From a virus (taxonomy: Duplodnaviria > Caudoviricetes), in the IMG/VR virus record IMGVR_UViG_3300027744_000020, positions 1-61,390 of that record: DNA of 61,390 nucleotides, one strand, 5' to 3'. Positions 35,308 through 43,745 of this stretch are shown one piece after another. Each line of letters opens with the position of its first letter. The first letter of the stretch is position 1. A program made the translations under genes and the position numbers. A model generated the notes under the pieces. It made no database searches and was not told the DNA's origin. It worked only from the letters and a program-made list of their open reading frames with translations.

Positions 35308-36381
35308 ATGTCAGAAGTTAGATTTGGTAAGTCACTTACCCTTGCCCAAGCATCCACATTGATTCGCACGAATCCCGAAACTCGGTTCCTGTTACAAGGC
35401 GAGCCGGGCATTGGTAAGAGTTCAATGTTGGAATCCATTGCCAACGAGCTTGGTTATGACTATGCGTATATTGATGTACCCAATATGGACTTGGGCGACA
35501 TTGCAATGCCGGTAATCGACCACGACAGCAAGACCACTAGGTATTACCCCAATGCTCGGTTCAAACTACATGAGCGTAAACCCCTAGTCATCATGCTCGA
35601 CGAGTACACCAAGGGCGCAGACCCAGTGAAGAACATGCTTCACCCAATGCTTGAGAAGGTCAACCCTCGACTCGGTGACATACCCCTGCCAAGCAACGGC
35701 GACCAACAGACCATCGTGTTTCTGACCGGCAACATGAGTACCGATGGCGTGGGCGACAGCTTGAAAGCGCATAGTGCTAATCGTCTCGTACCCCTAACGA
35801 TTGCCAAGCCGGACGCAGAGCAGTGGTTGAGTTGGGCTATCCCCAAGGGTATCGAACCCGAAGTGTGTGCGTGGGTCAATCGTTTCCCCCATGTGTTGGC
35901 GAGTTACTTGGATGGGCATGGCGACAACCCCTACATCTTCAACCCGAAGAAACCACAGAAGGCATTCGTGTCTCCTCGTTCTTTGGAAACTGCAAGCAAC
36001 ATTGTCCGGACACGCAAACAGAACGACCCCGATGCTGTGATTGCGGCGTTGACTGGTGCTATCGGTGAGAGTGGTGCGCGGGACATGCAAGCCTACATCG
36101 AGTTCGCCGACCAACTCCCAACATGGGAAGCAACAATCAAAGACCCTAAGCATACGAAGATACCGACAAGTCCGGGCGCGTGTGCGATTGTGGTGTTTGG
36201 TGCTATCAGTCGTGTGGACAAGGACACTATCGCCCCATTCATGGAGTACCTGACTCGCTTTGATGCAGAGTGGCAAGCAGTGTTCGCTATCAACATCGCC
36301 AAGTCCAAGGAGAAACAAAGCATTGCGTTCAGTGCTAAGTCATTCGCCGACTGGGTTGCAAAGAACCAAGACCTGCTGTGA
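35308..36381 (+). CDS. MoxR-like AAA+ ATPase
   Basis: ATG 35308 with AGGAG SD. Walker A GEPGIGKS, Walker B IMLDE, SPRS sensor II. Confidence 0.9.
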   Translation: MSEVRFGKSLTLAQASTLIRTNPETRFLLQGEPGIGKSSMLESIANELGYDYAYIDVPNMDLGDIAMPVIDHDSKTTRYYPNARFKLHERKPLVIMLDEYTKGADPVKNMLHPMLEKVNPRLGDIPLPSNGDQQTIVFLTGNMSTDGVGDSLKAHSANRLVPLTIAKPDAEQWLSWAIPKGIEPEVCAWVNRFPHVLASYLDGHGDNPYIFNPKKPQKAFVSPRSLETASNIVRTRKQNDPDAVIAALTGAIGESGARDMQAYIEFADQLPTWEATIKDPKHTKIPTSPGACAIVVFGAISRVDKDTIAPFMEYLTRFDAEWQAVFAINIAKSKEKQSIAFSAKSFADWVAKNQDLL

Positions 36382-36602
36382 AAGACAGAGAGCTTGACTT
36401 GGACAACGGATGGGTTTCACAAAACCCAACTAACCGCAAACTCCATTCACTTGGGTACAGCATAGGCGGGTACATCGACAAGGGTGTGTATCGCTATGTG
36501 TTGTACCGCGCAGATGGGGTGAAGTTTGAGCGAGTGCATGAGTTCAACACCGAGGACGAGTTGCAACGCACAGTGAAGTTACTGATACCACCGGAGGGGT
36601 AA
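36378..36602 (+). CDS. Hypothetical protein
   Basis: GTGA overlap, fills the operon. Confidence 0.6.
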   Translation: MKDRELDLDNGWVSQNPTNRKLHSLGYSIGGYIDKGVYRYVLYRADGVKFERVHEFNTEDELQRTVKLLIPPEG

Positions 36603-36829
36603 TGAACATCACGGACATAACGAAAATCGATTACGACAAATTGGTTGCGCATTCGGGCAGACCCTACTTTGTGCAGTGGATAACCGCGACCAATCAGCAT
36701 CACGAAATAGTTGTGTTGGGTTGGTGCGTGAAGGAGGCTAAGACATGGCAAACCATGTTCAAGCACGAGGACAGGACTGTGTGTATGAAGGTATGTGAAA
36801 TGTTAAACGAAGGGGTAACAAAATGTTAG
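36602..36829 (+). CDS. Hypothetical protein
   Basis: GGAGG SD, TAATG overlap. Confidence 0.65.
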   Translation: MNITDITKIDYDKLVAHSGRPYFVQWITATNQHHEIVVLGWCVKEAKTWQTMFKHEDRTVCMKVCEMLNEGVTKC

Positions 36830-38037
36830 AGGAACGTAAAGTACAAAAGGCAAAGATTACGTTGATGCGTAACCCGAAGTTCGCATTGTTGTCTGGCGTG
36901 TTAATGGTTGGGCGTACTAGCGTAGTGGAGAATGTTTCTACTGCGTGCACCAACGGACGCGACGAGCGATACGGACGCAAGTTCGTGAAAGACTTGCGAG
37001 AGCAGGAGTTGAATTTCTTGGTAGCCCATGAGAACGGACACAAGATGTATCGACACCTGACCACATGGAAGAAGTTACATGACGAGGATGCGAGGTTGGC
37101 AAACTCGGCTTGTGACTACGTGATTAACCTCATGCTCAAAGACCTCGACCCGACTGAATCAGTTATTGCGATGCCTCGTTTCCCACAGGGGCACAAGATG
37201 GCGGGTAAGGTGATGGGCTTGGTTGATGAGCGATTCCGTGGCATGAACTCCAAGCAAGTGTTCGACATACTCAAGCAGGAGAAAGAGGATGGCGGCGACG
37301 GGAGTGGCGAGGGTGAAGGCGAAGGGTTCGATGACCACGATTGGCAAGATGCCAAGGACATGACCGAGGAGGAGAAGAAGGAACTTGAACGCGAGATTGA
37401 CCAAGCGATTCGTCAAGGCGTCATGGCACAACAAAAGATTGCGGGTAGTGGAGCAGGTGGACTCGACCGCGAGCTTGCCGACTTGCTCGAACCCAAGGTT
37501 AATTGGCGTGAGGTACTGCGTGACTTTGTGAAATCAATCTGCAATTCCAAGGACGCATCCTCATGGCGTAGGGTTAACCGTAGGTTCTTATCCACAGGCG
37601 TGTACATGCCAACGCTAATCGGTGAGAAGGTTGGTCACTTGGTTATTGCTATCGACACATCGGGTTCGGTGGGTGACGACGAGCTTGCCGAGTTCTTATC
37701 CGAGGTTAAGGGTATCGCGGAAGAAGTAAACCCCGCGTGTGTGGACTTGCTGTATTGGGGTAGTTCGGTGGTTGGGCATGAGACCTATGGTGATGGCGAA
37801 GCCGCCAACATTATTAACTCGACTCGACCCAAGGATGGCGGGGGCACAAGCCCAAGCTGTGTATCCGAGTACCTCAAAGAGAAGAACATCAAGCCCGAGT
37901 GCGTCATCATCCTGACCGATGGTTGCGTGGGTAGTGACTGGGGTAGCGAGTGGACTGCACCTACGTTGTGGTGCATTGTGGGTGACTACTTTAATGGCGA
38001 AGCTGGCAACGGCAAGACCATTCACATCAAGGGCTAA
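36823..38037 (+). CDS. Metallopeptidase-vWA protein (DUF2201-like)
   Basis: TACTNG, HENGH (HExxH), N.A.D.VIN, MIDAS DTSGS, GGGT, ILTDG. Confidence 0.88.
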   Translation: MLEERKVQKAKITLMRNPKFALLSGVLMVGRTSVVENVSTACTNGRDERYGRKFVKDLREQELNFLVAHENGHKMYRHLTTWKKLHDEDARLANSACDYVINLMLKDLDPTESVIAMPRFPQGHKMAGKVMGLVDERFRGMNSKQVFDILKQEKEDGGDGSGEGEGEGFDDHDWQDAKDMTEEEKKELEREIDQAIRQGVMAQQKIAGSGAGGLDRELADLLEPKVNWREVLRDFVKSICNSKDASSWRRVNRRFLSTGVYMPTLIGEKVGHLVIAIDTSGSVGDDELAEFLSEVKGIAEEVNPACVDLLYWGSSVVGHETYGDGEAANIINSTRPKDGGGTSPSCVSEYLKEKNIKPECVIILTDGCVGSDWGSEWTAPTLWCIVGDYFNGEAGNGKTIHIKG

Positions 38038-38041
38038 CAAA

Positions 38042-38284
38042 ATGTTAGGGGTAGCAATGAAGATACAACGAGGGACTGTGTATATGTCTCCACTTGGAGC
38101 CGAGTGCATGGGCGCAATACCAAACCGCATGTGGTGGAAGCCGTGGATGTGGCAAGTGGAGTTGTTGCCTTGGGATATTAGGGAAACGAATGAGTACATT
38201 GTTCGCAACCTGACGATGTATGGGGCAATCGGTGTGATGAAACTGTATGGCATCAAACACCAAGATTTTGAGGAGAGAACATGA
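38042..38284 (+). CDS. Hypothetical protein
   Basis: ATG inside the operator directly after the vWA stop. Confidence 0.55.
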   Translation: MLGVAMKIQRGTVYMSPLGAECMGAIPNRMWWKPWMWQVELLPWDIRETNEYIVRNLTMYGAIGVMKLYGIKHQDFEERT

Positions 38285-38445
38285 AACGATACAGAGGAGT
38301 GGTGGTATTCAGATACTACAAAGCGGTTGAAGTAGAAGCCGAGGACGAAGACCAAGCGAACGAGCTTATGTACGCCGCCTTTGAACGTGGCAATGCAGAT
38401 GGTGAGAGTGAAATTTTAGACTTTGAAGAAATCAAGGAGAAATGA
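38281..38445 (+). CDS. Small acidic protein (54 aa)
   Basis: GAGGAG SD, VEVEAEDEDQA motif. Confidence 0.65.
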   Translation: MKRYRGVVVFRYYKAVEVEAEDEDQANELMYAAFERGNADGESEILDFEEIKEK

Positions 38446-38446
38446 A

Positions 38447-39298
38447 ATGAGTATCAGTGCATCAGCAGTATTAGTGGAGTTGAACATCAGTGTGTGGCCT
38501 GCATCCAAGCTGGACAGGGAAATCACCGACAAGGTGAACACGGACGCATCAGCAGTGCGTGGGGCATCGCAGACAAAGAAGAACTTGTTTGCGGGTACTA
38601 GCCTACGCAAAGACATATCAGACTTTGCCGCAAGGGTTCGTCTGTATCACAACAAGCACACGTTGCCGTGGGCTGACAAGGGCGAGCGCATGTTGCCGAC
38701 TAAGTTGTTCATGGAGTACAAGCAGACCATGAATGGGTTCGAGCAGACATTCAACATGATGTGCAACAACTTCTACATTGAGTACCCGCGTCTTGTTACG
38801 GAAGCACCTACCAACTTAGGCACTATGTACAAAGCCGAGGACTACCCTGAGTTGGAAGCCGTGAAGCTGAAGTTTGGGTTTCGTCGCACAGTTAAACCTG
38901 TACCCGAGGCGGGTGACTTTCGCTTGGATATACCAGCGCATGACTTAGATGAAATGCGCGATGAGTTCTTAAAGCAACAAGACAACAAGCTAGCCGAGGC
39001 TATGCGTGAGCCGTGGGACAGACTGCACGAAATGCTAGTAGGCATATCCGAGAAGTTGACTGATGTGGAGGGGGATTCCAAGAAGCGGTATCACGACACG
39101 CTTATCTCTAACCCAATAGAGCTATGCGGATTGCTGACCAAGCTGAACGTGACCAACGACCCCAAGTTGGAAGAAGCACGTAGACAGTTGGAGTTGGCTA
39201 TGTTAGGTGCAAACATAGAGACCATCAAAGACTTCGCGCCTGCGCGTAACGAGTTGAAGTCCAAGGTGGACGACATCCTCAAGCGTTTCGAGTGGTAA
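38447..39298 (+). CDS. Helical early protein (DUF3150-like)
   Basis: AAGGAG SD. TLPW.D.G.R.LP...DYP....V..KF pattern, often near AAA/vWA genes. Confidence 0.7.
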   Translation: MSISASAVLVELNISVWPASKLDREITDKVNTDASAVRGASQTKKNLFAGTSLRKDISDFAARVRLYHNKHTLPWADKGERMLPTKLFMEYKQTMNGFEQTFNMMCNNFYIEYPRLVTEAPTNLGTMYKAEDYPELEAVKLKFGFRRTVKPVPEAGDFRLDIPAHDLDEMRDEFLKQQDNKLAEAMREPWDRLHEMLVGISEKLTDVEGDSKKRYHDTLISNPIELCGLLTKLNVTNDPKLEEARRQLELAMLGANIETIKDFAPARNELKSKVDDILKRFEW

Positions 39299-39307
39299 GG
39301 GGAGACC

Positions 39308-39475
39308 ATGACATTTCAAGAATGGGTTAAATCCTTTCCCGAAGCGGAGAGGGCTAAGTTCTTCCGACAAATCATGAAGGTGGTTGACGCAGGTCGCAAG
39401 GCAGGTGTGCCGCCCGAAGAATTGGCAAAGATGTACGCAGACACATACAAACAAGTAATAGAGGAGAACACATGA
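39308..39475 (+). CDS. Small hypothetical protein (55 aa)
   Basis: GGGGAG SD, ATGA overlap with the next gene. Confidence 0.65.
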   Translation: MTFQEWVKSFPEAERAKFFRQIMKVVDAGRKAGVPPEELAKMYADTYKQVIEENT

Positions 39476-40341
39476 ATACATTAGAACTGAACAACGTAGA
39501 ACCGAGCGACAAAGTGGCAAAGGAAATCAAGGAACTTAACCGGAAGTTGACGAGTGTGGATAGGCTGATAGACCCAGTGGTGCAACGGCTGGCCGTGCTT
39601 AATCCTTTGTGGCGATTTGTAGTATCCAGTACAGGGTTCGACAACCATTCTGAACCACCAAGTCTCAAGGCAGTGGAGTTCAAAGTAATCGAAGCTGGCG
39701 AAGAGCTAGGCACTATCGGTAGGTGCTACCACGGGCGGGAGCATGTAATTGAAATCTCCAATCCACGTATTGGTAACGAAAGAACGCGCGGTGGTGGGTA
39801 CAGAACTAAGGATGCGGATAAGGCTATCTTGAAAGCCAAGAAGATGTTCTTCAAGCTCAAGCCCAACGAGCGTATTGAGAAGGCTATGAAGGATGCGGGA
39901 AATACCATATACCAACAGGCACGTAGAAAGGAAAGGGAAATACACGAGCACTCAGGTGTTATAAATCTCGCCGCTAGTAAGTTCATCATGGAAACTGGCT
40001 TTTCTTTGTTCCTCGACCACATCAAAGGGTGGCATGAAATTGATAGCAATAGAATCCACAAAGCTATTGCAGAACGTGACCGCATAGGTGAGGAGATGCT
40101 AACTATTGAGAATGTCAAGAGCCGGTTCGAAGCGGGTAAAGCCGCGCTTGTCATCAAAGATGATGGTAAATACCTAGTGAAAATGGGTGACGTTATCCAA
40201 CTTTTTAATGATAATACGCTCCCCGAAGATATGAAGGGTAAGCTAGGTATGCTAAAACTTGTGGAAGCCGAGACGTTCATAAGCGACATGGGTTGCCGTA
40301 TCAGCGACGAGGTATTTGTGGTAGTGATGGGGGAGGGCTAA
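39472..40341 (+). CDS. Hypothetical early protein
   Basis: 289 aa, GAGGAG SD, stop inside an operator. Confidence 0.8.
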   Translation: MNTLELNNVEPSDKVAKEIKELNRKLTSVDRLIDPVVQRLAVLNPLWRFVVSSTGFDNHSEPPSLKAVEFKVIEAGEELGTIGRCYHGREHVIEISNPRIGNERTRGGGYRTKDADKAILKAKKMFFKLKPNERIEKAMKDAGNTIYQQARRKEREIHEHSGVINLAASKFIMETGFSLFLDHIKGWHEIDSNRIHKAIAERDRIGEEMLTIENVKSRFEAGKAALVIKDDGKYLVKMGDVIQLFNDNTLPEDMKGKLGMLKLVEAETFISDMGCRISDEVFVVVMGEG

Positions 40342-40345
40342 CAAA

Positions 40346-40468
40346 ATGTTATGGGAGGTATTTTTACTATTTTTGCTAATGATGTTTGGTTCGTTTGTAA
40401 TACTTGCGACTGTTGGATTCCTTATGTGGGTGTTGTACTTTATACAGAATGGAGTTGATGATGACTGA
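40346..40468 (+). CDS. Small membrane peptide (40 aa)
   Basis: ATG inside an operator, MLWEVFLLFLLMMFGSFVILATVGFLMWVLYFI. Confidence 0.55.
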   Translation: MLWEVFLLFLLMMFGSFVILATVGFLMWVLYFIQNGVDDD

Positions 40469-40697
40469 AGAAGACGAAGCGTTCAACGAGATTGAGCGCA
40501 GAAGTATTGCAAAGAAAGAAGCTGTGAGAGCAACAATAGCAATCAATCCGTATCGTGACCAAGTGATTGACGAAGTGTTGCAACGCATCAAAGAACTGCG
40601 CCCTGCTGTCATGCCGTTGGAGAGTATGGGCAGAGGCAAAGCCACACAAGAATGGTTTGATATTTTGGTAAAAGATATTGAGGAGATGAAGAAATGA
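40458..40697 (+). CDS. Hypothetical protein
   Basis: GGAG SD, MTEEDEAFNEIERR start. Confidence 0.7.
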   Translation: MMTEEDEAFNEIERRSIAKKEAVRATIAINPYRDQVIDEVLQRIKELRPAVMPLESMGRGKATQEWFDILVKDIEEMKK

Positions 40698-40870
40698 TTG
40701 ATGAGGACGATGACATTCAAGAATACAAGAAGCCGTGGGTAGGGCTGACGGATAAGGATTGCGAAGAAGTTGAGCGTTGGGTTGAATTTAAAGAAGAGGG
40801 TAGCGGTCGCATTCCAATTGGCAAACTTGCCCGATACATTGAAGCCAAACTCAAGGAGAAGAACACATGA
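40694..40870 (+). CDS. Small hypothetical protein (58 aa)
   Basis: ATGA overlaps at both ends, PWVGLTD...IEAKLKEKNT phage motif. Confidence 0.7.
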   Translation: MIDEDDDIQEYKKPWVGLTDKDCEEVERWVEFKEEGSGRIPIGKLARYIEAKLKEKNT

Positions 40871-41082
40871 CACCAACACCAAAACTGCGTTTTGTTGAGC
40901 GTGCGGATGGCTTTGAGCAACACGATGTGAAGGTAACTGATCGACACGGAGTAGAGGTTTGCTACCGCCCAAAAAAGATACGCATACTTCAGCAATGGTG
41001 GGAAGACAACAGCACTGACATACATTGGGTCAACGGCAATCCCGGCGAATGGCGTGATGTACCACTGGAGGTGGAAGCATGA
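40867..41082 (+). CDS. Hypothetical protein
   Basis: LRFVER...RILQQWW...GEWRDVP. Confidence 0.7.
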   Translation: MTPTPKLRFVERADGFEQHDVKVTDRHGVEVCYRPKKIRILQQWWEDNSTDIHWVNGNPGEWRDVPLEVEA

Positions 41083-41591
41083 CTTGCCCACCATGCACAC
41101 ATGACTGCGACCAAGGTAAGAACTGCCCAAACAAGGAAGAAAAACATATGAGTACACCACAAGAATACTGGGACGCTTGTCTTATCAAGACATGGCGTAA
41201 CGATGGCAAGTTGTTAGATGCCATACAAATGTTTAGAAGCATTGTTGGTAAAGACCACTGGGAGTTAGACGAACCTTTGTTGCGTGTACCAGCGAAGGGT
41301 GTGCCGTGGGGTTTGTACGTAAAACCTTTTGTAGCGGCGCACTTGGAAAAGATAAGCAATCGCCTATGGGAGCAACCGCCTGAGAAAGATGTGCTACTAC
41401 TGAAGAAACTGAAAACATCCAAGTACGACACAACTACAGTAAACACAAACAGAGACAGCGAAATGAATAAAGAAAGAGAAAGATACAGAACAAACAGGGT
41501 CAAGGTAGGTATGAACACCCTTGCAACCAGCATTCGTAATTCCAGCACGGATTGGAATACGGTTAAAGGCTCAAGAAGTAGGACACGATAG
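41079..41591 (+). CDS. Hypothetical protein
   Basis: GGAGG SD, N-terminal CPPC..DC.QG.NCP. Alternative start at 41148. Confidence 0.65.
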   Translation: MTCPPCTHDCDQGKNCPNKEEKHMSTPQEYWDACLIKTWRNDGKLLDAIQMFRSIVGKDHWELDEPLLRVPAKGVPWGLYVKPFVAAHLEKISNRLWEQPPEKDVLLLKKLKTSKYDTTTVNTNRDSEMNKERERYRTNRVKVGMNTLATSIRNSSTDWNTVKGSRSRTR

Positions 41592-41599
41592 GGAAACAC

Positions 41600-41797
41600 A
41601 TGATCGACAAACTCATACTCAGTGCTGTGCTAGGCACAGTGGGGTTCAATGGATTATTCCCCGACCCACCACAACCCCTTACACCTAGACAGCTACAAGT
41701 AAAAGCAAAAGAGGCGTCGAAGAGCGAGGTGTGTAATAAGAAGAAGCAGAGTAAGACGTTGAAACAATTGTGTAAACGATGGGGGAAGAATGATTGA
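41600..41797 (+). CDS. Small signal-peptide-bearing protein
   Basis: Hydrophobic N-terminus, two Cys. Confidence 0.6.
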   Translation: MIDKLILSAVLGTVGFNGLFPDPPQPLTPRQLQVKAKEASKSEVCNKKKQSKTLKQLCKRWGKND

Positions 41798-41951
41798 ACA
41801 GGTCAAAACATTTTTTGGGAGAATGCGTGGCTTGCATGGGCAACGCAAAGTGGTAGTAGAGGAAGGCTTGATGTGGCGTTGTACCAAATGCCATTTCATT
41901 TTTTTAACCAAGGAAGAAGGAGAAAAGCATGATAGTGAAAGAAATTGTTGA
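41790..41951 (+). CDS. Small zinc-finger-like protein (53 aa)
   Basis: WRCTKC..IF.......KH. Confidence 0.55.
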   Translation: MIEQVKTFFGRMRGLHGQRKVVVEEGLMWRCTKCHFIFLTKEEGEKHDSERNC

Positions 41952-42108
41952 GAACGAGAACGGCACGATGACCATCATCTGTGACTTTGAACCCGCAGAA
42001 GTACGTGCTTGTGTTGAGGTAGGCTTTATAAAACTGCTGAGAGACTACTTAGATGAACACGCACCATTCCATCAAAGGAATATAGATGCTGAAGCCAAAG
42101 AAGCGTGA
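41929..42108 (+). CDS. Small hypothetical protein (59 aa)
   Basis: AAGGAG SD, I.ENE.GT motif. Confidence 0.6.
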   Translation: MIVKEIVENENGTMTIICDFEPAEVRACVEVGFIKLLRDYLDEHAPFHQRNIDAEAKEA

Positions 42109-42250
42109 ACTGACCAAGAACGGCAGAAGCGTGAGCGCTAAACTGACTCAAAGTGAATACGAAGAGTGGGTAAAACTTGGTAAGGGTAAATGGCTAAGAG
42201 CGTTCTTGAAAGATAGCCGATTTGAAAGGAAAGCAAATGGAGGAAATTAA
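42086..42250 (+). CDS. Small ribbon-helix-helix-like DNA-binding protein (54 aa)
   Basis: SVSAKLTQSEYEEWVKLG..KWLRAFL. Confidence 0.5.
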   Translation: MLKPKKRELTKNGRSVSAKLTQSEYEEWVKLGKGKWLRAFLKDSRFERKANGGN

Positions 42251-42434
42251 AAAACGAAAGGGACGAGGCCCGAGTAAGAAGCCGACCCTCTTCAATACGA
42301 GCTTGCGATTACCAAAGCATGTGATGGATTACTTCAACACCCACTATCCGTATTCAAAGCAAGCCAAGATTCGTGAAGTTTTAACCGAGTATGTAAACAG
42401 CCAACAGCAAGGAGCTAACAATGGCAACAGCTAA
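42237..42434 (+). CDS. BrnA-like ribbon-helix-helix DNA-binding protein
   Basis: RGP.KKP....TSLRL...V.DYF.......QAKIREVL. Confidence 0.6.
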   Translation: MEEIKKRKGRGPSKKPTLFNTSLRLPKHVMDYFNTHYPYSKQAKIREVLTEYVNSQQQGANNGNS

Positions 42435-42879
42435 AAAACGCAACACAAGCCGCGCCGCAAAGATGCGAGCGTATTTCGCCACCAACCCAACAGCTACAAC
42501 TGCTGAAGTAGCCAAGAAATTCAAGACCACGTACCAAATTGCGTACATGGCTAAGAAGAGTATGGACAAGGAAGTATCAGGAATGATATACGAACTCACC
42601 AAAGGGCGTAGAGCGGCGGCGCAAAAATGGGAAGCAATTACATTCACTTCAAGCGACACGCCAATCACAATGGAGGAGCCAACCGAAGACCCAGTGAATC
42701 ACCCTGCCCATTACAAGGTAGGTGGTATGGAGACTATCGACTTTATCGAAGCGAAAGATTTATCCTATCACTTAGGTAATGCTGTGAAGTACATTAGCCG
42801 AGCCGACCACAAGGGCGACCGCAAGCAAGATTTGGAGAAAGCCAAGTGGTATCTTGAACGAGCAATCGCGCAAGCCTAA
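42421..42879 (+). CDS. DUF3310 (T7 gp1.7-like) protein with N-terminal HTH-like region
   Basis: DPVNHPAHY..GG.E.IDFI...GNAVKY..R...KG...DL.KA.WYL. Confidence 0.85.
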   Translation: MATAKKRNTSRAAKMRAYFATNPTATTAEVAKKFKTTYQIAYMAKKSMDKEVSGMIYELTKGRRAAAQKWEAITFTSSDTPITMEEPTEDPVNHPAHYKVGGMETIDFIEAKDLSYHLGNAVKYISRADHKGDRKQDLEKAKWYLERAIAQA

Positions 42880-42900
42880 CAAATTGTTAGGGTAAGCCCC

Positions 42901-42923
42901 AGCCACCTTCGGGTGGCTTTTTT
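42901..42923 (+). terminator. Rho-independent terminator ending the early operon
   Basis: AGCCACC-UUCG-GGUGGCU followed by a U-tract. Confidence 0.9.
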
Positions 42924-42932
42924 ACGTCTGTG

Positions 42933-42961
42933 CTTGACATTGTCTAGCAATGTGTTATTAT
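42933..42961 (+). promoter_or_regulatory. Replication-module promoter 1 with palindrome on the -35
   Basis: TTGACA-16 bp-TATTAT, extended -10 TG, CTTGACA-T-TGTCTAG. Confidence 0.7.
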
Positions 42962-42990
42962 CGCCGCTTGAAAATAATTTGGAGTAGTTA

Positions 42991-43287
42991 GTGGCGGCAA
43001 CCCCCGAGGCCAAGGTCAAGGCCAAGATTAAAAAAATCCTGAAAGACAACGGTGTCTACTACGCCATGCCCATCGGCACTGGTTACGGCAACTCAGGAGT
43101 CCCCGATTTTCTATGCTGTGTCAACGGAAACTTCCTTGCTGTTGAAGCCAAGGCAGGCAAAGGCACGACCACGGCACTGCAAGAAAAAAACCTTCGAGAG
43201 ATAAAACAATGCGGTGGCACAGCCGCCGTAATTGCCGAAGAGCAACTCGAATACTTAGAGCAACTTATCCAACTGATGAAACAATGA
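42991..43287 (+). CDS. VRR-NUC / Holliday-junction resolvase-like nuclease
   Basis: PE.KVK...GVPD...G.F.AVE.K...T.LQ...GG. Confidence 0.85.
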   Translation: MAATPEAKVKAKIKKILKDNGVYYAMPIGTGYGNSGVPDFLCCVNGNFLAVEAKAGKGTTTALQEKNLREIKQCGGTAAVIAEEQLEYLEQLIQLMKQ

Positions 43288-43298
43288 AGGAGCTAACA

Positions 43299-43745
43299 AT
43301 GACTGAATTATCCGCAGGTGTACGTGCGCTGGTAGGGCGAATGGAGTCCAATCCCAGTGAGTTTTATGGTAGTGCTGACAAATGGCACTTCATGTTCGCC
43401 GCTAATTTCCGTGAGGTGTTGACTGAGCCTGAGAAGGGTGCACTGCACGAAGCGCTGAAAGAAGTACGGCGCAAAGAATTCGACGAGAAGGTCATGCGTG
43501 AGTTGTTGAAGGACAACATGGAAGAACAACTAAAAGGCGCTCCTTACTTTACCGGTGCGCAAATAGGTAGCAATAGTGGGTTTGGTCAAGCGCAAATAAA
43601 GGCAGAGGGCTCTCGTCTTGGGTACACCCTTGCACAGCTACAAGATACGTATAGCCCAAACATACGACTTGGCGAACAAACCCTTAGCGAAGAAGATGTA
43701 AAGCAAATGAAGGCGGCAACCACATCCTCGAATCTTTTCAGATGA
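43299..43745 (+). CDS. Hypothetical protein coupled to DNA polymerase
   Basis: GAAGGAGCTAACA RBS before ATG 43299, ATGA overlap with the polymerase gene. Confidence 0.7.
   Translation: MTELSAGVRALVGRMESNPSEFYGSADKWHFMFAANFREVLTEPEKGALHEALKEVRRKEFDEKVMRELLKDNMEEQLKGAPYFTGAQIGSNSGFGQAQIKAEGSRLGYTLAQLQDTYSPNIRLGEQTLSEEDVKQMKAATTSSNLFR

Larger units (their letters stand above)
31294..42889. promoter_or_regulatory. Dispersed palindromic operator TAACA-N3-TGTTA (16 copies)
   Basis: 13-bp cores start at 31294, 31596, 32123, 32264, 32693, 32757, 32974, 33403, 33848, 34985, 35220, 35274, 36816, 38035, 40339, 42877. A one-mismatch variant is at 42945. Confidence 0.85.

Noticed and set aside
42237-42434. 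BrnT/BrnA toxin-antitoxin pair
   Set aside because: No BrnT-like toxin adjacent, so a standalone RHH regulator is more likely
31294-42889. True integron with attC sites
   Set aside because: No tyrosine recombinase, and the sites are far too short to form attC hairpins with L boxes. Only the core-site resemblance is kept as a note.
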